From the NCBI GenBank assembly GCA_964632045.1, contig CAZWBB010000001.1, positions 1 to 64,000 of the forward strand: DNA of 64,000 bases, given 5' to 3'. Of the stretch, positions 48,393 through 58,137 are shown one piece after another (positions within the stretch are counted from its first letter, which is position 1; the number at the start of each line of letters is the position of its first letter). Made by a program: the position numbers and the translations under genes. This DNA is from an uncultured Methanosarcinales archaeon (GTDB lineage Archaea > Nanobdellota > Nanobdellia > Woesearchaeales > GW2011-AR9). The notes below the pieces were generated by a model that was not told the origin of the DNA, did no database searches, and worked only from the letters and a program-made list of their open reading frames with translations.

Positions 48393-48608
48393 TCACATCT
48401 CGCTCAATAATTCTTGAGCAGAATTTACTGTCTTAACTTTACCATATTTAATATCTTCACTACTTTCAGCCACTTGCATCATTGTCTCAGGATGGCTCAT
48501 TATCTCAATAGTCTCTGCCAGCTCCTTTACGTCTTTTTTTGTTGCCATGTTCTCTTCTATGAATTTTAATTCCTTTAGAATCTGATTCATTGATATAGCT
48601 TCTGTCAT
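48393..48608 (-). CDS. Putative antitoxin-like small protein upstream of the relE remnant
   Basis: 71 aa. C-terminus ...EDIKYGKVKTVNSAQELLSEM resembles RelB/ParD-type antitoxin tails. Its position fits a relBE layout. Confidence 0.4.
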   Translation of the reverse strand: MTEAISMNQILKELKFIEENMATKKDVKELAETIEIMSHPETMMQVAESSEDIKYGKVKTVNSAQELLSEM

Positions 48609-48768
48609 ATGTTAACGTAGGCCACTCTTCTTTAAATCATTTTTGCCATCTTAAGCAAAAGTCAAACCGAGTGAAGAGGCTCTATGGCAGATAGAAAAGA
48701 AGCACCGGCAGTGTAACCACTAATTAGAAGCGAAAACATTATATACTAAAGACATTTAAATTGCCTGT

Positions 48769-49467
48769 ATGACTGAAAATATACAAAGGATAAAGACATT
48801 CCATGACCATTTCAACACAAGCGGTCTGCAGAAAGTAGAGCTAGATGATGGAACAAGCAAGACAGCAGTGATTTCTGTTGCTGCAGTATTTCCTGAGCTG
48901 AGGAAGCGGCTGTTAGAAGAGTTTCGAAGGATTCGCAAGCTTCTTCCTGTGGAGAATCAATCCTCTCCCCGGCTTCTTTCTATCGGTCTGGGAAATGGGA
49001 TCATCGAAGAGGAATTGCAGAAGAATGGTTTTCAGGTTGAGGGAATAGAGTTGTCAGAAGTGCAGGCGGAAGAGGCAAGAAAGAGAGGAATCCTGGTGAA
49101 AGTCGGGGATGTTCATAAGATACTACCACGGTTGACGGATGAGAGTTTTAATATTGTTTTCATAGGAGAAGCGATAGGTTATCTGGAAGTGGATAAGATT
49201 TTCCTGGAGACAGAACGGGTCTTAGCGGATGGAGGCGTAATCGTAGTGACTTCTTATCCGGTTTCTAGTGAGGAGGAATTCAAAGTCTCTCCAACCCACT
49301 ATGTGAATGTACCTGTGTCAAGGATAAAAGAAGAGTTGGCTGAGGCAGGTTTGCAGTTCATCGAGGAAGTGCAGATTCTCCGTGCGGAGTTTTCTGGATT
49401 TAGGATACATAAACATATCAAAAGGGAAGTTATCTCTTCAGTTATTGTTGGAAGGAAGGCCCCATAG
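48769..49467 (+). CDS. Class I SAM-dependent methyltransferase
   Basis: LSIGLGNG (motif I), IEL (motif II acidic residue) and FNIVFIGEA (motif III). TATA about 29 nt upstream. Confidence 0.6.
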   Translation: MTENIQRIKTFHDHFNTSGLQKVELDDGTSKTAVISVAAVFPELRKRLLEEFRRIRKLLPVENQSSPRLLSIGLGNGIIEEELQKNGFQVEGIELSEVQAEEARKRGILVKVGDVHKILPRLTDESFNIVFIGEAIGYLEVDKIFLETERVLADGGVIVVTSYPVSSEEEFKVSPTHYVNVPVSRIKEELAEAGLQFIEEVQILRAEFSGFRIHKHIKREVISSVIVGRKAP

Positions 49468-49494
49468 GTTGGTGTAGTTAGAGAGCTGTATGGT

Positions 49495-50055
49495 CTATTC
49501 TTTCATAAAAGCCCTGATGTAATCCTGGTTCTCAATCGTCTGAGCCATCACTAAGGTAAACCCTTTGAGCGCAATGACCAGGTCGTCCTCACTGCTTTCT
49601 CTGGTATGGACAGTTCCTGAGACTTTCCCGTCCCTCTCAAAGCAAAAGACTTGGGTGAGGGGTGAAGGGTGTTCAACAAAGTAGGCATGAGTCACTCCCA
49701 TCTCCTCCAGCCCTTTGTATTCCTCTTTTTTTAGAAGAGCTTTCCGGAGTACTTTTCTGAAGGGGATAACCTTGCCATTCTCTTGGTATTCACCTTTTCT
49801 GTTGAATGAAGCGACAGGATCCATCCTTCCCCATCTCTTCTTCCGCATGATGGAAAGATAGTCCTTTTTGTCATAAAGTCTTGCCTGGGCGATTACTTTT
49901 CTTTTCTTTGGATCAAGAATGTCTTCCAGGGAGATGTCCCTTGAGTCAGGCTGCAGGTAGTAGTCTGTGTAGATGAAACCTAATCTCTTGGGGTTTTCAC
50001 CTAGCTTGAGAATGTGGGTTCCGTCATCTTCCGTTCTTATCAGGTATTGTGTCAT
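49495..50055 (-). CDS. Hypothetical protein, terminal gene of the array-B operon
   Basis: 186 aa. Starts 18 nt downstream of the vWA gene stop. No motif. Confidence 0.45.
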   Translation of the reverse strand: MTQYLIRTEDDGTHILKLGENPKRLGFIYTDYYLQPDSRDISLEDILDPKKRKVIAQARLYDKKDYLSIMRKKRWGRMDPVASFNRKGEYQENGKVIPFRKVLRKALLKKEEYKGLEEMGVTHAYFVEHPSPLTQVFCFERDGKVSGTVHTRESSEDDLVIALKGFTLVMAQTIENQDYIRAFMKE

Positions 50056-50072
50056 TTTTGGTTACCGCTCTT

Positions 50073-51839
50073 TTATGCTATTCCATAGGTCTTAAACAGT
50101 CTGAGCATCTCATCCGGCAGTCGGTGTAATTCATCCCTGCCCAGCAGAGTGTAATGCTTAGGTCCGATGTGTTTTGTCAGCTCTTTTGCATAACCGTCGA
50201 ACTCCTTGCCGATAACGATGACAAAGGGAAACACTTTGTTGTCGTACAGTTCTTTGAGGACTTCAGGAGCCCCCTTATCGGTCGATTCCCCGTCAGTAAT
50301 GATGGTGATCCCCCGAGGTCGTTCGCCTTGTCTTTCCAACACATGGCCGACCGCTTTTGAACTGGCAGCCAGACGAGTTCCTGCAACATCACTTTTCCTA
50401 CATACAGAGATGATCTTGTTGGCCACTTGAGGATTGTAGGTTTCAGGGAAGTCTTTGATCCTATAAAGGTTACCGCTGAAAGCAAAGAGGCCGAATGGAT
50501 AGTCAGTAACTCCTAACGCTTCCCCCTGGATAAGTAATCCTGCTTTTATCTCATTGATGATATTGTAATGATCCAGATCTGTAGATGGACTGATGTCAGC
50601 CAGGACTGCCCAGGCCGGTCTGTGCTTAAAGCGGCTTTTGGAGACGAAGTGGCGGCCGTTCCTGCTGATGCTGGTCACTTCTCTCTCCAGATCGGTCTGC
50701 AAAAATTCTTCATATTCTAAGTCTTGACCGGAAAAATCCAGGCGTGAAGAACGATGTGTCTGTTTCAGGCGTCGGAAAATACTTTTCATGGAGCCGATGG
50801 CGTAGGCATACTTGTCCCGCAGCTCTTTTTCTTTACGAATGACCCAGTCGGAGTAATCTGGATTCACTTTGACGATGGAGATGTCGGCATCCTCGGATGC
50901 TTCTGTATAGAGACTTTCCCTATCTTTGTCATGCTTAGATGGTTTGGGCTTAGTCTTTTTCCCTTTTGGGTCCGGCTTTTCCTCCTTACCTTTGCCTTTC
51001 TTGAGCCGTTTGGGTCTTTTCTCCTTTTTGTCACGTCCTTCTCTGGGTTTGACTTCCCCCCCATAACCCTGCTGCGGGCTGCCAGGAGTCTTGCTGTGGT
51101 TGCCTTTTCCCTGCTGTTGGGGGAGACGTTTTATCTTCTGCTTGATGTCAAAATTCTCTTTGAATATCTGGTAGATCTTATCGACGGCTTCTTTGTCTTC
51201 ATAGATGGAATCGGCAGAATGACACAGTTCTACACATTCTTCCAGTATCTGCTGATGTTCTTCAGGGACAGGTTCAACTGTGCAGCCCAGCAGAGCCTGC
51301 TGCAGGAATTGTTCTCTGAAAGCGTCCAGCTCAGACATTTTTTTTATGCTTGGCCGGAAATATTTTATGGCATCGTGATGAACTTCCTTGTCATACTTGG
51401 CCAATCCAGGCAACTGCTCACAACGCTGCGCATCGATCCGTCTGTCTTTGACGATGTTATCTATGAATCCGGCCAGGGCAGGATTCTCGGTGAGGTCTGC
51501 ATGGTTCCTCTGCAGGTAGACTCCGACCACACCTTCTCCTTGATTCCTAATAGAATGGATCTCATCTCCGAAATATTCTTCATATTCCCTGATATGGTCA
51601 GCTTCATGAGCAGTGGAGTTGGCTATGTTCATCTCATTATCTCTTTTTTTCTTGCAGAGCTTCTCTCTTGCTGGCAGGAAGATCTTCGTTCCGTCAGTAG
51701 CAGGACAGCCGTTATCACCTTCGATCATCGAACCGCCCTGAATCTCGATGGGATGTTTTTGAGAGGCGCCTTTACCGATACGAAAATCTACCATCCTTTC
51801 CAGTTTTCCAAGCACTTCTGATGTTTTTACTGTGGTCAT
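50073..51839 (-). CDS. HExxH putative metallopeptidase N-domain, Lys-rich linker and vWA domain (DUF2201-like architecture)
   Basis: HEADH (STAHEADHIREYEEY). MIDAS DxSxS (AVLADISPSTD) with downstream T and ITDGEST motifs. About 70-aa K/E/P-rich low-complexity linker. ATGA overlap with 51836. Confidence 0.75.
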   Translation of the reverse strand: MTTVKTSEVLGKLERMVDFRIGKGASQKHPIEIQGGSMIEGDNGCPATDGTKIFLPAREKLCKKKRDNEMNIANSTAHEADHIREYEEYFGDEIHSIRNQGEGVVGVYLQRNHADLTENPALAGFIDNIVKDRRIDAQRCEQLPGLAKYDKEVHHDAIKYFRPSIKKMSELDAFREQFLQQALLGCTVEPVPEEHQQILEECVELCHSADSIYEDKEAVDKIYQIFKENFDIKQKIKRLPQQQGKGNHSKTPGSPQQGYGGEVKPREGRDKKEKRPKRLKKGKGKEEKPDPKGKKTKPKPSKHDKDRESLYTEASEDADISIVKVNPDYSDWVIRKEKELRDKYAYAIGSMKSIFRRLKQTHRSSRLDFSGQDLEYEEFLQTDLEREVTSISRNGRHFVSKSRFKHRPAWAVLADISPSTDLDHYNIINEIKAGLLIQGEALGVTDYPFGLFAFSGNLYRIKDFPETYNPQVANKIISVCRKSDVAGTRLAASSKAVGHVLERQGERPRGITIITDGESTDKGAPEVLKELYDNKVFPFVIVIGKEFDGYAKELTKHIGPKHYTLLGRDELHRLPDEMLRLFKTYGIA

Positions 51840-52870
51840 TTTATATCTGTTTCTAGTGTGTTCTTTATCTCCGGTATATCAACCTTCCATGGATCGATAA
51901 TCTTTACATTTTTAGGTTTGACTTCTGGCTTAGGTTTCTTTTTCTTTGGTGGCTTCATGTATGGTCTCAGGGTACTTCTGCCGGTGGGGAAAACATAGGG
52001 GTAGACTAGCGATGCTGCTAACCTTACAGGGTAGACTAAAGGATGAATTCCGTCCAGAAGAAGAAATCCTGCCACGGGGATAAGTGCCGCATTGGCTATG
52101 TCTGCTTCTGGGGAGTATCCTTTTCCTGCTTTGTCAAGAATGTCCTCGCCCCGCAGTTTTCGTGAAGCATATCCAAACAATAAGGGAAGGATTCCTCCCA
52201 GGAGTATTCCTGCTCCCCAGGGAATCCTGTCTTCCCAGGGAAAATCGTCAGAAATTCTTTTTATATCAAGTGTGTCCCTTCTTTTGTAGAGGCCGCTCTT
52301 GAAGCGTTTAATATCTTCGGGCGGTCTGAAAGTACCATATAGGTCCCAGATATTTCCATTTAAGTCCAGTCTTAATTGTTTTGTGATGCCCGCGCCATGA
52401 TGCAGAAATCTGTAGTGTGTCTCACGGACCCACTCTTCTTTTGCTGCAAGATGCGTCTGCATCGCTTTGAGATCATTTCCGGCCACACTTCTAACAAATT
52501 CAAAATATTCCCGCTGTTCTGGAGTGTGGACAAGACTGTTCTTTTGAGTCTCTGAGGTCTTCTGGCGGATCTCTTTATCGGTCCTGCTTAGGACGGATTC
52601 TAAAGCAGTGATCTCATGGGTGTTCAGTTCACGATCAGCGCTGAAAGCATTGTATAGATCGCTGTAGACAAGATATTCTTTTTTTGAGTCGTCGAAAGTG
52701 GGCTGCTCTGGAGTAAGTTTTTCCGGGAGTGAGATGCCAGCTTTGGCGATAGTCTCCTCTACTGTCGGTTCCAGTTTTCTCTCAGCAGCAAGCATGAAGC
52801 CGCTGCCCACCAGCAATCCACCAGCTAGAACAAGTGGAGTACTTTTCCTAAGCATGTATCTGTAGTTCAT
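51836..52870 (-). CDS. C-tail-family paralog, secreted subtype (signal peptide; C-term IIDPWKVDIPEIKNTLE)
   Basis: N-terminal MNYRYMLRKSTPLVLAGGLLVGSGFMLA signal. GxxxG-rich hydrophobic segment (GAGILLGGILPLLFGYASRKLRG). Conserved C-terminal motif. Confidence 0.75.
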   Translation of the reverse strand: MNYRYMLRKSTPLVLAGGLLVGSGFMLAAERKLEPTVEETIAKAGISLPEKLTPEQPTFDDSKKEYLVYSDLYNAFSADRELNTHEITALESVLSRTDKEIRQKTSETQKNSLVHTPEQREYFEFVRSVAGNDLKAMQTHLAAKEEWVRETHYRFLHHGAGITKQLRLDLNGNIWDLYGTFRPPEDIKRFKSGLYKRRDTLDIKRISDDFPWEDRIPWGAGILLGGILPLLFGYASRKLRGEDILDKAGKGYSPEADIANAALIPVAGFLLLDGIHPLVYPVRLAASLVYPYVFPTGRSTLRPYMKPPKKKKPKPEVKPKNVKIIDPWKVDIPEIKNTLETDIK

Positions 52871-53943
52871 TCTGAATCTTTCCTCACTTCTAATGTACTT
52901 TTTATCTCTGGTATCTCAACTTCCCATGGATCGATGATCTTTGCTTTTGGAGGTTCGATCTCAGGAGGTTCTGTTTCAGGCTCTTCTACCTGCACCTTTC
53001 CTGTTTTCTTCTTTTCGCTCGGGAAAATATATGGGCAGACTAACGCTGCCGCGATCCTTACTGGGTAGACCATTGGATGGATACTATCAAGAAGTATGAA
53101 TCCCGCGACGGGATTTGCAATAATGTTGATGTAATCACTTGTGCCTCCGTTTTCTCCATCACCTATAAATTCCTCGCCACGAATTCTCCTTACTCCATAA
53201 CTAAAAAGTCCTGGCAGCAGTAATCCCATAAAAAGACCCAGGGAGTAAGGTATCTTATCCTCCCAGGGGTAGTCGTCGATGAAGTCTCTAATCAGAAGGT
53301 TTTCTCTGCTGTTGTAGAGACCACTCTTGAAATGTTCTATTTCTTTGCTTGGATTGAATAGGTTCCTCAGGTATACGGGTTCTCCTTTTCTCCGGTCACC
53401 GCGGTCTTGCTTATGGATGTTTCCAGTGTACGGTGTAGAAAGATTGACGATCTTACCTGAACCATGATGCCAGTATCTGTCCACTGTTGAAGCCAACCAT
53501 TCTTCCTTTTTCTCAAGATGCAGGCGAAGTTCTTTAAGATCAGTGCTTTTGATTCCAAGAACATAAGTTACATATTTCTGTTCTGCTTCTGAACGGATTG
53601 CGTTGATGTCCCACAATTCCTCGCTCTTCTTACCTATTTCCTCCACCAATCTGTCCAGGATATATTCTAGCGCTTCGATCTCTCCAGTACTGAGTTCATC
53701 ATCGGTAGTGAATCTTTCATAAGCTCTGCTGTAGATAAGGAATTCTTGTTTTGGCTTATCGTAGATAGGCTCTTTTGGAGTCAGTCTTTCTGGTAGGGGG
53801 AAGTCGATGCTGGCAGGGATGCCTTCTTCTGCATTTTCTCCCTCGGTTGGTTGTTCACTTCCACTTAACATGATGCTTCCTGTCAACAATCCACCAGCTA
53901 GGATGAGTGGAGTTCCTTTCCTAAGTATCTTTTTGTAGTTCAT
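52867..53943 (-). CDS. C-tail-family paralog, secreted subtype
   Basis: Signal peptide MNYKKILRKGTPLILAGGLLTG. C-term KIIDPWEVEIPEIKSTLE. Confidence 0.75.
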   Translation of the reverse strand: MNYKKILRKGTPLILAGGLLTGSIMLSGSEQPTEGENAEEGIPASIDFPLPERLTPKEPIYDKPKQEFLIYSRAYERFTTDDELSTGEIEALEYILDRLVEEIGKKSEELWDINAIRSEAEQKYVTYVLGIKSTDLKELRLHLEKKEEWLASTVDRYWHHGSGKIVNLSTPYTGNIHKQDRGDRRKGEPVYLRNLFNPSKEIEHFKSGLYNSRENLLIRDFIDDYPWEDKIPYSLGLFMGLLLPGLFSYGVRRIRGEEFIGDGENGGTSDYINIIANPVAGFILLDSIHPMVYPVRIAAALVCPYIFPSEKKKTGKVQVEEPETEPPEIEPPKAKIIDPWEVEIPEIKSTLEVRKDSE

Positions 53944-54932
53944 GTTGTGTCTTTGAGGATGTTTTCTATCTCAGGGATCTCTACTTTCCAGGGATTGATG
54001 ATCTTTGGTTTAACTTTGGGCTTATTCATGAGCGGCTTCTTGTACTTTTTCGGTTTACGATTTCTAGTATGGAAAACATAAGGATAAATTATAGATGCAG
54101 CTAGTCGGATTGGGTAGACTAGAGGATGGATGCCATCAAGAAGAAAGATGCCGGCTGCTGGATTAAGTACAGCGTTAATTATATCTGAGTATCGAGCGGA
54201 TTGTTTTCTTGCATCAAATAAATTCTCACCACGTAGTTTTCGCGAGGCATATCCAAACAATACTGGAAGGAATCCTCCTAATAGCAGTCCTGCTCCCCAA
54301 GGTATTCTGTCTTCCCAGGGATGGTCTTCCTTGAATGTTTTTATGACAACATCAGGATATTTGTTGTAAACAACGTTAAGGAGATAGGTTCCTTTTGGTT
54401 CAAATACTGATTCAAGGTCACGGATATTCCCCTCGTCTAGATCAGCTAGGTATTTTGATGCCCCAAATCCGTGATGCCAGTATTTTCCTTCAGTAGTTGA
54501 TATCCATTCTTCCTTTGCTTTTAGATGTTTACGTAATTCTTTTAGGTCCTTGGCCATACGTTCAGTTAAGTAGAAATGATCCCTTCCTTGCTTCGATTTC
54601 ATTTGATAAGCTCTTTCAGTCTTATGTTGCAATTCCAGGATGGTTCTACTTAGCACGTGCTCCAAGGCGGTGATCTCGTGGGTGTCTAATTCTCCATCAT
54701 TGGTGAAAGCAGTGTACAATTCACTGAAGACCGAATATTCTTTTGTAGGATCACCAAGAAGCGGTTTCTCAGGAGTCATCCTTTCCGGCAGTGTTATCCC
54801 AGCAGCAGCAATCGTCTCTTCTACTGTCGGCTCTTCAGCAGCTTCGTGAGCTGGATAAAGAGCGCTGCCTACCAATAAGCCACCTGCCAGCGCAAGTGGA
54901 ATACTTTTTTTGATTATATTTTTGTATTTCAT
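53940..54932 (-). CDS. C-tail-family paralog, secreted subtype
   Basis: Signal peptide MKYKNIIKKSIPLALAGGLLVG. C-term KIINPWKVEIPEIENILK. Confidence 0.75.
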   Translation of the reverse strand: MKYKNIIKKSIPLALAGGLLVGSALYPAHEAAEEPTVEETIAAAGITLPERMTPEKPLLGDPTKEYSVFSELYTAFTNDGELDTHEITALEHVLSRTILELQHKTERAYQMKSKQGRDHFYLTERMAKDLKELRKHLKAKEEWISTTEGKYWHHGFGASKYLADLDEGNIRDLESVFEPKGTYLLNVVYNKYPDVVIKTFKEDHPWEDRIPWGAGLLLGGFLPVLFGYASRKLRGENLFDARKQSARYSDIINAVLNPAAGIFLLDGIHPLVYPIRLAASIIYPYVFHTRNRKPKKYKKPLMNKPKVKPKIINPWKVEIPEIENILKDTT

Positions 54933-54947
54933 CTTTTGCCTACCTCA

Positions 54948-56384
54948 TCATACAAATTTCTCCACAACCTCCATCAGCTCCTTAGCCATCTGGCCTCCTC
55001 CATGAGCGATGTCGTTCTCGTAGGTCACCAATGGATTGATAACCATGTCTCTGAACAGATCTCTCTGGGTGATGTTCGTTCCAGAAGCGATCCGTTGCGC
55101 TACTTCAACAGCTCCTTTCAGTCCAAGATCCTTGTTGTAGGTGTGTACCTTGCCGCGCATCTCATCAAGCACACTGGAGATCATCTCTGCTGTATCATAC
55201 TCGATTCCCGGTGCACGGGCCATGAGGATGTCTGTAGTATTGTCTTTAGAGGGGTAGCCCATCTTTAGCTGGTTGAACCTCTGTAATGTTGCGTCGTTCC
55301 ATTCATTGTGGGTATAGTTGGCGTGGAAATTACCCAGCGCAACAAACCTGAAGTTTGGTCCTGCTCTGAGCAGCTCGTAACCAAAATGGGTGTTTACTGG
55401 CAACTCGCCGGTTTCCAGGAAAACGTTCAATGCTGTAAACTCATCCTGGTGAATCGGAGCGGCTTCTTCCAAAGCATAAACGCCGTCGTGTATCAATGCG
55501 AGGGTCAGTGCTCCCGGTGAAAAGACTGGTTTGTCTATACCTGGAACAAACTGTCCGATCGTCCGTGAGACACGGAAAGAGCTTCCACCTTTCTCGTAGA
55601 AGTAAGGGATACTTCTCTCACAGGCATATTCCCTGGTAAGTACGCTCTTTCCATTTCCGGTCGGTCCGTTGAGGATTATCGGTCTTGTGTATTCATCCAT
55701 GTAAGTAAAGAACCTGTCCTTTTCTCCTTTCTGGTCCTGGTAAGGGAAAGCATCTTTGATCATCCTGGGGGCAAAGTGTTGCTTTACAAAACAGGTGAAA
55801 TCTGTCTCTTCCATGCTCTTTCGCGGCGTGATGACGGTCGGAGCCTTCACTTCCTTCTTCTTGACACTTTTTCCTTCAACATCGGCCATAATCCTTTCCA
55901 GCATCACCAAAGGCAGAAAGGCTTTGCATTCTGAAGAGGTGGTGGTTAGAGTGGCCCTTTTCCTTCCGTCGCTTTCAAAGAGATCCAATACACCCTGCTC
56001 CTCCTTGCTGCGGATATTATAGCGGTGGGTGATACCCATCTCCTGCAACTTTTCTAATCCTTCTTCTTCAGGCAGCTCATCGGCATCTGCCCGGTCGATG
56101 TCGTATTTTCGGCCATTGACACGCAGAGTCAAATGGTCTTCATCCTCAAAAGTAAGGATGGAGAGAAATTCACCGTTCTTCAGCTGAACACGGTCTTTTT
56201 CCGGCAGATGGGAACTGATAATTCCTAGTTCACTATCATCCTGCATCGAACTCACTTCGTAGTGTATGGGCAGTTCCAGTTCATCCTCAAGAGTAGGCGT
56301 CTTCACTGCCACTTTGTCACCTTGGTCGTCCGTATTGACCAGCACAACTCCTTTTTCCTGAAAAGCTATGGTATATTGTTTCAT
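54948..56384 (-). CDS. AAA+ ATPase, CbbQ/NorQ/MoxR-like, with N-terminal extra domain
   Basis: Walker A LNGPTGNGKS (compare CbbQ GPTGCGKT). Walker B-like VYALEEA. Start set at MKQYTIAFQ so that ATG overlaps the TGA of the upstream paralog (ATGA). The track ORF extends to 56444. Confidence 0.7.
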   Translation of the reverse strand: MKQYTIAFQEKGVVLVNTDDQGDKVAVKTPTLEDELELPIHYEVSSMQDDSELGIISSHLPEKDRVQLKNGEFLSILTFEDEDHLTLRVNGRKYDIDRADADELPEEEGLEKLQEMGITHRYNIRSKEEQGVLDLFESDGRKRATLTTTSSECKAFLPLVMLERIMADVEGKSVKKKEVKAPTVITPRKSMEETDFTCFVKQHFAPRMIKDAFPYQDQKGEKDRFFTYMDEYTRPIILNGPTGNGKSVLTREYACERSIPYFYEKGGSSFRVSRTIGQFVPGIDKPVFSPGALTLALIHDGVYALEEAAPIHQDEFTALNVFLETGELPVNTHFGYELLRAGPNFRFVALGNFHANYTHNEWNDATLQRFNQLKMGYPSKDNTTDILMARAPGIEYDTAEMISSVLDEMRGKVHTYNKDLGLKGAVEVAQRIASGTNITQRDLFRDMVINPLVTYENDIAHGGGQMAKELMEVVEKFV

Positions 56385-57367
56385 TTTTTTCCTCCAAATC
56401 TGTTTTCTAGTATGTTTTTTATCTCTGGAATGTCTACACTCCATGGATCGATAAGCCTGAAAGGTTCTTGTTCTATTACTTCTTCCGTCTCGTCTTCTTC
56501 CGCCTGTGGCTGTTGTTTTTGATGGGTTGCTTTCTTTCCTGTGATCAGAGATTCAAAAAACTCATAGATCATGTTCTTGTCGGAGCGGGTATATCCTATG
56601 GAGAGTCCTCTTTGGGAATCTGTGTTTTTGAATTCTTCTCGAAGAATCTCAAAATGCTTGTCTAGTTTTTTCCTTAGCCTTTTTATTCTCTGTTTGCTGA
56701 ATGGTCCTTTCACGCTTTTAATATCCTCGTAAGCACGCATGAACCTGTCAAGGAAAAAATCAGGGTTCTTCAGTTTTCTTTCGAGATGTTTATATGTGGG
56801 AATGTACCCAATTGCATGAAGTGGACCGCAGGGGCTACCTTTGTAGCCTTTGAGACCTGTCAACATTTCCGCTGCGAATAATCCTGCTACGACGGGCAGA
56901 TAGAGGCGTTCAGGAACCCCAAGATAAATGGAAGCTTCTGTCAATCCCAGGACTCCTGCAATAGAGGCTGCGAATCCAGGAAGGCGGCTTCTACGCAGAT
57001 ACGAGTCCCAGTGAGAGATGTATCCTCTTTTCCGGGTGAGTTGGACCTCGACGCTGCCTGGATGCCAGATTCTCCAGTGGCCTTCACTTAAGTATTCCAT
57101 ATAATCCTCCTCCTCATGCGGTACCTTTTGCCCTGTGGCAGATTCAGTCCTCTCCATGAGAGTACGGAAAAGTGGATAATCTTTCTCTTCAAGATCGGGT
57201 CTGAAAAGTACACCCTGGTAATAGTCGTTTTCGGAACTGCCAAGGTTCCTGTATAGGCGGACAATATACCCGTCTAAGGTTGTCTGCGCCATATACTTCC
57301 TTCTCTTCTTCACTTCAATGATATCTTTAAAGATTCCCTGGGAGAACCTCATGGTGGTGTAGCTCAT
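56381..57367 (-). CDS. C-tail-family paralog, cytoplasmic/membrane subtype (C-term LIDPWSVDIPEIKNILENRFGGKK)
   Basis: Family core (YYQGVLFRPDLEEKDYPLFRTLMER). GxxxG hydrophobic segment, then GPLHAIGYIP. Conserved C-tail. Confidence 0.75.
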   Translation of the reverse strand: MSYTTMRFSQGIFKDIIEVKKRRKYMAQTTLDGYIVRLYRNLGSSENDYYQGVLFRPDLEEKDYPLFRTLMERTESATGQKVPHEEEDYMEYLSEGHWRIWHPGSVEVQLTRKRGYISHWDSYLRRSRLPGFAASIAGVLGLTEASIYLGVPERLYLPVVAGLFAAEMLTGLKGYKGSPCGPLHAIGYIPTYKHLERKLKNPDFFLDRFMRAYEDIKSVKGPFSKQRIKRLRKKLDKHFEILREEFKNTDSQRGLSIGYTRSDKNMIYEFFESLITGKKATHQKQQPQAEEDETEEVIEQEPFRLIDPWSVDIPEIKNILENRFGGKK

Positions 57368-58137
57368 CTTTCCTTCCCTCCTTGCAGCACATTCTCTATC
57401 TCAGGGACTTCTACTTCCCACGGATCGACTACCCCAGTGGGGACCATTACCACAGATTCTGGCTCCTCTGCGTCCTCATCGAGTTCTGCATGTACCCCTA
57501 AAGCAGCGTAGTACACGGCACGCTCAAGTTTTAACAGATGTGGACTACGCATCTGTACAGAGAGACCTTTCTGAAATGCTGTAAATGGGAATAAATCTGT
57601 GATCAGATCATAATAGTAATCTATTTTCTCCTCCATCTTGCCAAGTTTTTTCAGGCTTAGTGAATCTCTATTATTATCAAATCTGGTGTATGCTTCCAGG
57701 AATCTATCAGGGATGTGATTGGGATGCAGGGCTTTGTTCTTTTGGAGGTAGTATGACAACATGAATCCGGCTTTTGCCCTAACTCCTGCAGGCAGCATTT
57801 TCGTCTGTTCCGGGTTGAGATGGATGGTAAGGTTATGACTGTCATAGTGCAGCTTCAATCCACCCCTGGCTAAATACTCGTCAAATGAATCTGAGTCATT
57901 CGCTATACCCCGCTTAGTTGCATTGGCAATCCTGTTGGTCATGTCCTTGAAAAAGTGAGAGAAGCTCTGAGGAGAGTGGATCACTGCCTGGAAATCCTTT
58001 TGGCCTGCCTCTCTATAGAGCCGGTAAAATCTATACCTTCCCAAATCAGTATGCATGTAGAAAGCACCATCTCTCCTGATCTCTAATCTACTTCTTCCAG
58101 TTACCTGGTCTGCCATGGTCGTTACCTGAAGAGTCAT
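57364..58137 (-). CDS. C-tail-family paralog (short, no hydrophobic segment; C-term VVDPWEVEVPEIENVLQGGKER)
   Basis: Conserved C-tail. GGAGG encoded by the GG codons precedes the next ATG. Confidence 0.7.
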   Translation of the reverse strand: MTLQVTTMADQVTGRSRLEIRRDGAFYMHTDLGRYRFYRLYREAGQKDFQAVIHSPQSFSHFFKDMTNRIANATKRGIANDSDSFDEYLARGGLKLHYDSHNLTIHLNPEQTKMLPAGVRAKAGFMLSYYLQKNKALHPNHIPDRFLEAYTRFDNNRDSLSLKKLGKMEEKIDYYYDLITDLFPFTAFQKGLSVQMRSPHLLKLERAVYYAALGVHAELDEDAEEPESVVMVPTGVVDPWEVEVPEIENVLQGGKER

